Positions 35,840-47,301 of a stretch of DNA of 64,000 nucleotides are shown here, in pieces; position 1 is the first letter of the stretch; every line of letters starts with the position of its first letter. Both the position numbers and the translations under genes were made by a program. This DNA comes from Azolla caroliniana (taxonomy: Eukaryota > Plantae > Polypodiophyta), in NCBI GenBank assembly GCA_043228905.1, contig JBHGNT010000001.1:5332001-5396000 (forward strand), written 5' to 3'. A model generated the notes under the pieces. It was not told the origin of the DNA and did no database searches. It saw only the letters and a program-made list of their open reading frames with translations.

Positions 35840-38800
35840 TTATGGTTTAGGCTTTTTGGCTGGAGCAGTTTTTTGCTCTTCTAGAAAGGAGATATATTCC
35901 TTTCTTACATTCCAAAGGGCCTCTGCCACCTCCTTCATCGTTGGTCGATCAAGCTTTGTTGGGGCTGTGCACTGGAATGCGAGCTCTGAGATCCTTGTAG
36001 CCACCTTGCAAGATGCATTGGATCTCTCAAGCTTTGGGTCAAGTATCTCAATAATTTTCCCACTCAAGAACTTTCTGAATGCCTGGATGAAAATAGCGGG
36101 ATTCAAATATTGCTCAATGTATACATGTATGGACATAGCCTTTATCAGTCTGTTTCAATTGCAATTGGAATATGGAAATGTTTTGCATGTTTATTTTATC
36201 TATGAAATATACAATATGGAATATTCGAGTAATTCCAAAGTGTCCAATAGCCATACATAGATAGGTACATAGATAAACAGAAAGATACACACATACATAT
36301 ACAGAATTCATGCATTTATATATTCATACATACATACACATGCATATAGATAAAAACATGGATATGCAGAAGAAGTGGAAAGAGAGGTTGTCCCCCCATT
36401 GTAGGAGCAAAGAAAGCTAGTAATTTTCACGCACGAAGGAAAGTCCTAGTAGATCACTACAATGTCATAGTGACATCTTTGTGTGGGTTTGTAATCAATA
36501 AAGTGTACGGTAATTTCGATTACTTTAAACAAGCCATAAATCTTAAGATGAAACAGTGCTGCTTTCAAATTACATGTAGTGACGACAGAGCCACTGGACA
36601 CACATGCATAAATATAACATATATACACAGATAATTTGACATCTTGCAATAGACAGATGGATTCCTCTGGAGATAGATACATACATATCAATACTATAGA
36701 TACTTTATTTTGTATGTATAGACATTCAACTCTCTCAATGAACTTACCCATCTTAAAGCAACCTTCTCCTTCATGTCCTTTTTCTCGTCAATGGGTCGCC
36801 TACCGGTTATGATTTCGATCAACAAAATGCCAAAGGAATAAACATCACTCTTCTCTGTAAGACGGAACGTTTTCAAGTATTCAGGATCTAGATAGCCTGT
36901 TGTTCCCTTCACTTCAGTGGAGACATGTGTCTCACCAATCTCTATCGGACCCATCCGCGAGTACCCAAAATCAGCAACCTTTGCCCGAAACTTCTCAGTC
37001 AAGAGGATATTTGAGGGTTTCACGTCCCGATGTATGATTGGTTTACCTTGAACACGAAAGAAAATATGTTTTTCTTCATATTAATGCTAACATATTTATC
37101 AGTTTCACGTTTACTCAAAACTTTACATAAAAGGCATATAAGCTAATGTTCCCATTGCTTTCTTTGGTCAAGCCTGTGCTAGTTGTGGAGTGAACAAGAA
37201 CTTAGAAAAGCTTTTTTCTTAGCAAAGTAGGGACTGAAATTGATTCAAGATGTAATAATGAACAAGGTAACTCGTTAAGCTTCAATGACATAGCATGTCA
37301 TTGTAGCCTTCAGTCACATTGTCAACCCATATGGAATGAAGTCATACAATTGGTACTCCCATAAGTACCTGTGCCTTCTTTAGACAGAGATTACAAGATT
37401 CATGATCAGATTTGATCAAAGGCAATAAATACTCATATTCTAATGGATAAGATTAAAATACATGTAATGCATAGGTTGCTACAACCCTCGTGATGTCAAG
37501 AACATGGAAATGCTTTGGGACACTTAACAAATCACAGTCTTGCGATAGAAGCAGGCATCACAAAACCTATTCCATCTACACAAAAAATTCTGCTCTGGGA
37601 TTCCATTTAAGAAACGGGTATTCATATGGAGATGCTTATAGGGTATTCTTCCCAATTGGTTGAATTTTTAAAGGAGAAAGCTAGCTTCTTACATTGTGCA
37701 TGATGTGGACATCCCACTTCATACATTCTCTCTTTACTTTGTGTGCTTCTAAGCACTTCAGTATCTAATCAGCACTTTGTACAACCCCGCATTCAGGTTT
37801 CCACAAAAAATATGATGCGTGTCTGAGCGTGCAGGTGGGAATGCATGTATGCATATATTCTTCATAGACAAAACAGAGGCATTATTTCTGTACCCTGCTT
37901 GTTTTAATTAGTTACAATGAGTGTTTTGTTAGTGCACGATTATGAAAAACAAGTTCACCATACTTCAAAAACCTTAAACAAATGTACATGCATAAATATG
38001 TTAAACTCACCTGCATACATATGGAGGTACGTTAGTGCATGAGCGACATCTATACAAATATCAAGGCGCATTGATAGATCAAGTGTGATGCCATGTAAGC
38101 CTAAACAAATATCAATTGTTAGTTTCTGGATGTTACTGCAAAAAATAGTCCACAATTATGACTTTCCCTAGACATATTGACGTGTGTATATATGCAAATA
38201 TCCAGCCTTAATATGAAAGACTTATGATAAGAAATCAGACCTACTGTATTAATGCACCCTTTATTGGAGGGCAGTTAAGGACCTCGCTCCAACTAATGGT
38301 GCATTCACACCTTGAAATCTTATTACAGGCATTTCACATTAGGTCGGATATTAGGAATGTAACAACTATTATGGTAAGGGTACAATACCCGAAAAGCAGT
38401 GGCCCTAGCTGGTTGGATATTAACAAGAATACTTAAGTTGTCAGAAAAAGTTATGAAGTTTACTAGAAGAGATGTGCACTATTACGGTGAACAATTTTCA
38501 AAGTTTAAGGGCATTTTGGTAACTAATCGAATCCATAGGAGTTTTCCCCTCCCCCCCTCTAAATATGGGACTGAATGCATGTAAAAACACAAAATTGTGA
38601 TCAGCACATACCTATGTTGACAGAAAAAGTTACGAAGTTTCCTACAAGAGATGTGTATTATTACTGTAAAAAGAAATTAAAGTTTTGGGGCATTCTGGTG
38701 ACTAAGTGAAACCCAAGGGTATACTGGGTGTTTTATCACCCCCCCTTCTAAATATAGAAATGAATGCTTGTAGTAACACAAAATAGTGGTCAGCACATAC

Positions 38801-41101
38801 CATCAAGGTGTTGCCTTAAATTACCATTGGGGACATATTCCACAACTAGGATGCGTTCATCATGTTCGTTCATATAACCAATCATCTTAACAAGGTTAAG
38901 GTGATCAATACTCAGAAGCATTTCAACCTCATTATCAAACTCCGTCGAAATGCGTGAATCGTAGATTTTCTGTAATAAAAGATGTGTGCACATAAAAATT
39001 ATCTTTGCTTTGTGAGAGTGCATGAATTTCTCAAGAGAAAAGAAAACCACTTTATCAACCAATATAATGAAAGACAAACCTTTTTGGCTCTTTTAATTGC
39101 CACAACCATGCCATCTTGAAGCTTTCCTTTATAGACAATACCAAAGCCTCCTTGACCAATCTTACAAGATGGATGGAACTTTTTTGTTGCTTTGCTGAGC
39201 TCTGAGAGTGTGAAAGTCTTGCCTCCTCGTGGTGTCAAAGTATTGACAGTGCCAACATGTGGCTTTAGCAAGTGTTTCTGTGAAGATGAGGTGCTAAAAG
39301 TCTTCGAAGTAGAAGCACTAAAAGAGTTCTCTTCACCAGAACTCGACAACGAGCTGCCTGTACTCATTAACATTTCAAGTTAGAGCAGCTAAGATAATAG
39401 ACGGATTAAACTCTCCCTCCTCCTTCCTTTTTTGTGTGTGTCTGTGCCGGTGTTCTTTGCGACTGGTTTCTAACATATATTTCCATGTTATTAAGTGTCA
39501 AATCTTTAACTGTATTTATTTCAAAGGGGTTACAAGTTTTATATGTAAACACACACACACGCACATATATATATATATATATATATATCTGCAAAGTTTG
39601 TGTTTCATTCCCTATATTTTCAAATTGGGTTCCCATAGTTACCAATTCCAACCATTTCTGTTGGTGCGGCAACTATGCATGTAATGATTTTCTTCTGTAT
39701 CTCTCTAGAACCTTTTAAATTACTAGATAGCTATTACACTTTAAGAGAAAAAATACTACAGCTATTAACTTATAAATTGCTGTCTCTACTCTTCAAGGTT
39801 TAAGGTAGAGAATCATATAAGAAAAAAACATTGCAAGAAAAACATAAAGGCATCGGCATGAAATGCTACTCACTTGTTGCTCTTGTCAACACAAAACTCT
39901 TGGTCTTCTTTTTCTTCTGGAGGCATGGAAACAACATGGCACATGTTGCAAGAAAACCACCACCAAAAGAAACTAAAATTGCTGGATATGGTGCTTCATT
40001 GACATCCGAAATAGACATATTTCTTGATAAGATGAAACTAGCATCCATGGACATTGACGCCATGTCCACCCTTTCCTCAACATCTTCATACCCAAACAAA
40101 GATATCTTGAAAGACCCATTACTATTGCACCACCATGGTGGATCTAGTCTTTCATTACTCTTCAACTTACTACCATCTGAAAGCATCCAGAAAAGTAAAA
40201 CTCAATTATATCTCTAAGCATCTCTAACCAACCTGACCATGAACTGAACTGAATACCCTGACCAACCCAAAGTTTCAAAACAACAAAGAGGTGCTAGATC
40301 TAACTCTATTTTCATGTCTTCAATTTAACTTTTGCCCAAGCCAAGAAAACAGAGGAGCTATAGGCCAATTTTTAACTCAATCTTCTTTTAAGCATTTGGA
40401 ATACTCCTATATGATTATCTCTCAACCAATATGAAAGCAAGAGGACAGCTCATCGCATCAACACAACTCCAATTTGAGTGATCCTTAACCTGCAGACCAT
40501 AATACCCAAATTCTAATCCCAAAACATCAGCAAGAAACCCTAATCAGAAAACCCTATCTGCAATGCCTGAATCATAAAATCTTATCAATGAACTCTAGTT
40601 CCCAAAACCTACTCTCCAAACACTAATTGGTAGACCCATAATTGCCCAAACAACAATCTGTAAACGTTAACCCAACACTAAGCCAGAACCTTAATTTTCC
40701 AAATCCTAATCTCTCAGATCCTAATTCTCAACCTCTGGTTCATAAACCCTCATCCTCAATCCATACATTTAATCCATATAATTGAATCCCCAAAAATTGA
40801 TCTACAGGATACTGTAAGTTCCTAAACCCTGTTCCGTAATCCCTAATTCCGAAACCTTAATCTCTAAAATCTTAATCCACAAACTATAATCCCCTCTAAT
40901 CAATAGACCCTAATCCACGGAACCCTAATTTCCATAAGCCCTGACTCCTAAACGCTAATCCCCAACCTTAAAACCTACATTTTAAACAAACATGAAGGAA
41001 TACAACTAACCTGAATCATATACATTGCAGAGTAAAGCAGAGCTTCCAACACTTGCAGAGAGCAGAAGACATAGCCACAGCAACAGAAGTTTAACATACA
41101 T
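35840..41101 (-). CDS. CRCK3-like receptor-like Ser/Thr kinase with signal peptide and transmembrane helix; 7 exons, ~490 aa
   Basis: Phase-consistent GT-AG exons: 41101-41011, 40176-39874, 39357-39080, 38969-38801, 38100-38011, 37046-36748, 36082-35840 (1473 nt). Motifs [63 protein letters not shown] segment [20 protein letters not shown] followed by QKKKK. Family call is from recall of CRCK sequences. Confidence 0.9.
38437..38801. repeat. ~180-bp tandem duplication at the start of kinase intron 4, including the donor site
   Basis: Units 38437-38612 and 38616-38801 both start GTTG.CAGAAAAAGTTA and end TCAGCACATACC. Confidence 0.85.
40500..40975. repeat. Degenerate AAACCCTAAT (telo-box-like) array in kinase intron 1
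   Basis: More than 15 variants such as AAACCCTAATC, AAACCTTAATC, GACCCTAATC and AAACGCTAATC, often about 15 bp apart. Confidence 0.6.
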
Positions 41102-41449
41102 GGATACCAGTCTCTGTGTGAGACCGCTGTGTATTTGTTATTGGTCTTCTTTCTTGTTTTTTCAGGACATGGGCAAAGGAGAAGAAGAACCCATATCAAT
41201 CTACTCCTGCTGAATTTCACCCAATTCGTCTTTCTTTCTTTTCTTTTCTTTTCTTTCACTGCCTTGTGTTCTTTATGCTTGGTTTGGAGTATGTATAGCA
41301 GTAGTGGTAGTAGAAGTGTTGGGTAGTGGCAGTAGTAATTAGCTTGTATCTGATCTGAAGAAGGGTAAGTTGAATGGCATTGAATGCATACCAACAACCT
41401 TGGATTTGAACCATCCCCCTCTTACATTTCAATGATCATCTTTTAGATC

Positions 41450-41451
<2 letters not shown>

Positions 41452-41500
<49 letters not shown>

Positions 41501-41541
41501 CAGGACAAAATCGCAACTTGCCTCCAGCAGTAGCAATAGTG

Positions 41542-41576
<35 letters not shown>
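41452..41576. repeat. Two (CT/GA)n microsatellites upstream of the kinase gene
   Basis: CT runs at about 41452-41497 and 41544-41576. Confidence 0.9.
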
Positions 41577-41578
<2 letters not shown>

Positions 41579-42769
41579 ATTTTGTTCGTAGGGATCCAAT
41601 ACTATCCATAACTCTCTTTTAATTTTAATTTCCTTTACTTTGTTCCTTTGCTATTGTAATTTGTCACTCAAATCATTTAAAAGAGCATCGGTCGGTCTCG
41701 GTCAATCGGTCTTAACACCCCATGGCTTGGCCGTCCAAAAATGCAGACCCGGGGAAAAAGGAGGGGGTTGGCATGAGACCTCTTTTTCGTGTCCATTGCG
41801 ATCGATGGAAGGCCTTTGAAATAAATGAGAGGATCAATTCGTAAAGTTCCAGAAATATGCATGCCACACCTCTCTGCCTCTATCGATAAGGTCAACGACT
41901 GAGGTTTCGAAGATCATCACATCATCATTCAATTGTATCTATGGAAAATTGGTTGGCCAACCACTCAAAATTTTCTCTATTTGAGAACAAATGTATCTAT
42001 ACTCTACTTGTAGGAATTGAAAATTGAAAATTGCCATCATTCAATCACAACCATAAAACATGCAGGGAAGCTACTAGAACATATGTTTATAAATTATTAG
42101 TAAGATCAACGATGAGTGCTTTAAAATTACCCCATTGTTCAATTATGTTTATTGGAAAAATGTAGGCAAGCTAAACTATTGCCTTTGTGATAGGATTGGA
42201 TAGACTATGTGGGTTTACTTCGAATATGATCGTGATTGTAAAAAAATTAGGAATTAGAACACATGGATTCTATTGATAGAATCAACTATTAGGGGTTTGA
42301 AAACATCACATTGTTCACTGCAATTGTTAAATGAACTTGTCGTATGCATCTTTCAATGATCATGATTGCACAACATGATCCTCTCAAAAAATCTCATCAT
42401 TAATCCCCATCCCAAACACTACACTCTGTGATAGTCTACTCTTCCCTGTAGAGGCCATATCAAGATACAAGATGCTCAGTAGCTACTAGCCATATTGACA
42501 AGATTATTGGACTTGCAAAAATCAAATATTCTAACTAAGCCAACACAGACATACATTATTTTTAACCATATCTCAAGTATTTTAAAAATCCCCTAAATTA
42601 TGCACTTAATCTTACTTTTCATGTATTCATGAGTTGTAACTTTCACCCAAGTATACATGCACACATACATGTTGATGTGTGTCTAATTTTGCAAAAGCTA
42701 GACAACGTCTAATTCATATCATCATATTTTGTTCATTTTTGCATTACGATGTATTTATAGTGCAAGCAT

Positions 42770-43180
42770 TTAATGGTCCAACTAATTGAGCAAGTGGCTA
42801 TGACAATTGCCATCATAAAAGAGGATTTTGTTTCCTTTTAGGATATTCATGTATATCATGGCTCCAGGCTTAGCATGAATAAGCACCCAACAATAGCAAG
42901 ACCAAATCTTAAATTTGAAGACAACAATATTCACAAGTTAAAACTAAGATCGTTAAAAGATTATTTGAACATCTTCAAAGTGTCATATGCAAGCTACTAT
43001 AGATTCTCATATTGCAACAAGAAATCCAACATGCATTAGACATATTGAAGTGCAAAATGTCACATGTACAACGAAGGGATTGCAAGCATTGGAAATATGT
43101 TGGTGGCTATTCTCACTAGGAGCAAATTTGTCAATTTGTTTTCAAAGCCCAGAATTCCAAGGATGAAGTTTGAAGATTTC
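42770..43180 (+). mobile_element. Ancient Ty1/copia RNase H remnant
   Basis: Traces of IA.RNP..RHIEV and EQ..NLFSKP, matching the copia pattern A.NP..H.R.KHI....EQ.AD.FTKP. Heavily frameshifted. Confidence 0.4.
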
Positions 43181-44000
43181 ATCGTAGCTCCTAAATAATC
43201 TCTACCTTCTTATGGTCATAGTAGCATGACATGGGGTTTGACGAAAACCACTTCAATATTGCTACATATGAAGGAGGATTTAGTCAAGGGTTTTTTCCAT
43301 TTGTATTATCCTCCTTGGATATTGTTGTGCAAATGATGCGGTCATAATGTTTGTAGGTACATCTACACATGTTATTCTTATGACCATATGATTATACAAT
43401 GAATAACTCATAAATACGTGTAACATCTCCACATGGTACATATTGGTGATGTAGACGAACCAATGAAAATCACATTATTGTCCTTCTCATTATTACAAGC
43501 TCAAGTAATTTTTTTGTCTTGCTATCATTGTATAATTGGTAACAAAGTTTAGTGTTATGACATTGTATGTGGTTACATTAAATTATGAGATGTGTTTAAC
43601 TTTTATAAACCATGATGCTACCAAGAAGGACATTGAAACATTTTAAAATGAATTGCAAAAGCTTGTAAACCAAAGGATTATATATATATATATATATATA
43701 ATTGAGTAAGTCCATTGAAAATGAAACTTTCAATCATTTCCTACCTCACCCTAAACAAATATTGCTAGTTGGCTCCTACATCACATTGCCTCAAACTAAT
43801 ATCCAATTTTACTGCTATTTTTGTGACGTATTTCGGAAATAGTTATTTTTCATTGTCAAGCATTGTTTTATCTACCTTCAAAATCTTCAATTTGACCCAT
43901 TTCATTTTACACAAACTTTTGCCACATCCCAAAATTTCCTTGAGCCACAATTTTCTACTTCAAAAACTATGCATTCCCATGGGCCATGTCATCCTATCAT

Positions 44001-44447
44001 TAACAATCGGCAACGGTTTGGTTTGAACCGAACCGAACTGCGAAACCACGGCTTAACGGCTTAACGGTTTCAACGGTTCGATTCAGTTTCAACAATAAAA
44101 AACCGTAGTTTAAACAATTTAATGGTTTTTTATTTTTTATTTTTTATTTTTATTTTTAAAAATTGTTTTTAAACAATCTTTTCATTTTTAGACCTTATTC
44201 TCACATTTTAGGAACATCTTAAAAATTTTAAAAATTTTAAAAAATGAAATCTTATAAATTTTAAACAATTAAAAATTTGACCTATGTTGAAAACCGAAAC
44301 CGAACCACGAAACCATGGTTTTTACAGTTTAACGGTTTGAAAAATGTTTCACGGTTCGGTTTAACGATTTCGTGGTTTGGTTCAGGTTTCAAAAAAATTA
44401 AATAGTTCGGTTTGGACCCTCTCAAACCGAACTATTGCTGATTGTTA
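44001..44447. mobile_element. hAT-superfamily MITE (447 bp)
   Basis: TIRs TAACAATCGGCAA / TTGCTGATTGTTA. Perfect 8-bp TSD CCTATCAT at 43993-44000 and 44448-44455. Many subterminal AACCG/CGGTT motifs around an AT-rich core. Confidence 0.9.
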
Positions 44448-44963
44448 CCTATCATAGTTCAGTGACACAAACTTGGACGAGACTAGTCTTGAATTTCCAA
44501 TCCCCTGTCCATTATTCCACTAATTCACCCAATTCCTTACAATCTACTTAAAGTACTTGTTCATTGGGATTTATTACAATTACTATCATCTATTTTATTG
44601 AATGTAAAGTCCAACTCACCATTAGTGAGCATCATCACAAATGAGAAGTTACTATGTATTTCTAGCCCATGTGCTAGATCCCATGTCCTTAGAATGGACC
44701 AAAATAGTTTGCACAATTTTAGTAGTTGGCCATCCTCACAAATGTCGCAAATGCTTAGAAAGAAAGAAAGATATATTAACGTCTTTAGAACCGAATTTGT
44801 GAGAATTCCATACTCGATGAAAGGTTATGTTGTTCCCATCAAACTTTGATGTGAGAGTTTTAAGGAGCCTCTAGCGAGTTGTCAAAGGTCTTTCCAAATA
44901 TCATTGATGCATATGTCAATGTTTATATACTTATGGTGTTCCTTTCACCATTGACTACTTCTT

Positions 44964-45096
44964 CTTCTTTTTTCCAAAAGAAGAATATACTCCATTAGTT
45001 AAAATGACATACAATACACAACTTTAGACATTACCTACTTCCATATGGACTACATCACTTATTTATCTTACACTAAATAGCCCACATGTTTGTTCT
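44964..45096 (-). mobile_element. 133-bp retroposed insert (extremely truncated LINE 3' end or SINE-like)
   Basis: Perfect 16-bp TSD CCATTGACTACTTCTT at 44948-44963 and 45097-45112. Ends TAACTAATGGAGTATATTCTTCTTTTGGAAAAAAGAAG on the minus strand, like the LINE tails. Confidence 0.75.
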
Positions 45097-46034
45097 CCAT
45101 TGACTACTTCTTGTTATTGATGAAGTGTATGTGTACTTGTATTGTATGATATTCCTCATGCTAATGGATTTTTTTAGTGTTATTGAATCTCTTAAGGTGT
45201 ATATATATAGGAAATAACAACTTTTTATGTTATTCCACGTTATAAACAAAATATCATTTACTACAAATAATCGATCACTCTTTATGGCATTTCACTGAAG
45301 TATGGATCGTTTGGGCAAATAAGGTAGTTTGAGACTAATATGTTTTAATGTCTTTTTAAGTTGGTAGTTGGGGAAGTGGTAAATTTGAGGAGTCTATTAA
45401 AAAGGAGAATTAATAGATAATGCGGCTTTGCCTATGAAAGAGGAAAACATAAAAACCAAATGTTCAACTATTGAATTCATACAGTGAAAACATGTCATAA
45501 CTAAATGTATTCATGTCCACTTTATAGACTTTCATGATCAATATGAATTCATTATGATAAGTTGAAGAAGCTACAACATATTTAGAATTGTAAGTCTAGC
45601 TTATACAATGTTATTTCTATATCAAAGACTCATCAATGTTGCCAAGCCAAAAGGCCAACCATGTATATTAACAAAAACCCTATCATATAATTCATATATT
45701 GGTAAGTGCTATAGACTTTTAAGTATGGTTAGAGAGCCTAAAATTTCCACCATGCATGGAAATTGGAATGTAGATTTGAATTTGAGATTGATTCTAATAT
45801 GACATGATGAAGAGGCATGTGCAAATCCTTGACTTGATAAATGCTGTCATAAATGCATGCTTTCAAGGTGTTGGTTCCATACATGTACCATTTATTATTA
45901 TCTTGTATATACGAACAATATGAAAGGCCTCATAATCTAGTTTATCTATTATCTTTCTTTGAGCATGTCATTACTCATCTCGTGTCTTGTCAACCTTGGT
46001 GTAGAAAATTGATATTTTTTAAATTGTAATAAGA

Positions 46035-46148
46035 TGACTTGTGATTGTTACAAGTCCATACTACAAGCTAAGGTGACTTGTGATTGTTACAACTCCATAC
46101 TACAAGTTGACGGTGACTTGTGATTGTTACAACTCCATACTACAAGCT
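46035..46148. repeat. Three tandem 39-40 bp units overlapping the MYB stop codon
   Basis: TGACTTGTGATTGTTACAA(G/C)TCCATACTACAAG at 46035, 46074 and 46114. Confidence 0.92.
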
Positions 46149-47264
46149 CGAGCCCCTCAGGAGGCCTAATAGTAATTTGAGATAATTGGTCATCATGGAT
46201 AGATGGGCTTATTTGATCTAAGGAACATCCATTCAACATGGCATGCACCGCATCAAAGGATAGTTCATTGTGATCGACGCTCGTCCATGTAATGTGATTA
46301 CCATGTAGAAGACCTTTAGTAGACTCACATGTGACATTTTGAGGTTGCCCACCCTTGACCAAGAGGTTTAGCTCATGCTCTTGAGGAACAATTAATCCAT
46401 TGCGATCATCTAATTGATGGTTAGGATCAAGATCAACATTGTCACCAATAAGGAACTCACACTGTTGATGAGTAAAGAGCGAATTGTATAATTGATTGAG
46501 ATTCCTTTCACTACTTGGGTATTGGAATTCACGGTCTTCAACTAAGAGGGGCATGTAAGAGGCGGTGTTTGTTGGTGTAGGAGAATTATTGACATGCATG
46601 AAGGTTCCTTGCACGTCATCACAATGATTGACATTATTGTTGACATTATAAATGTTGTTTTGGTCACGTAGACATTGAGATTCTTCTTCTAATTTGATTG
46701 TATCATGGACAACACCAACAATAAAAGGTTGTTTCTTTCTAAAATGTGAATGCCAGAAATTCTTGATGTCACTATCTGTTCGCCCTGGTAGATGAATTGC
46801 TATCTTCGACCAACTATAAACAATAGTATGAGCATCAAATTAGGAAACCCAAGTTTGATTCAAAAACATGTCGCATAAAATATTAATTTATAGTATAAAT
46901 TGGTGACTTTATAACAAAGAAACACATAAAGACTTAACATGCAAACTCCAATGAACTCAAGATATTTCTAGAAATTCCTATATTCAACCTCTTTTGTTGA
47001 CATCCTTGACATAGGAGAAATTATATCCCACACAAGGTATTACAATCCATCATGAAGCACCATGAACTTAAGCCACGCATCTCAATACCAAATTCTATGT
47101 CAACACTCTTTCTGTGTGAAGAGTATTCCAAAAGTTAAAGAAACAATTATGTTTCAAATACATATTAGCAATATTATATATAAACAAATGTCTATATTTG
47201 ATTTCTAATTCTCTCATTATAAAAGTGTCTACGATGCTTCGACTTTGGAGCTCTCTTATGGTTC

Positions 47265-47301
<37 letters not shown>

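Noticed and set aside
39866-40186. ATG 40186 as the kinase start codon
   Set aside because: It lies in the intron just before a good acceptor (CTTTCAG, exon starting 40176); an upstream signal-peptide exon fits in phase.
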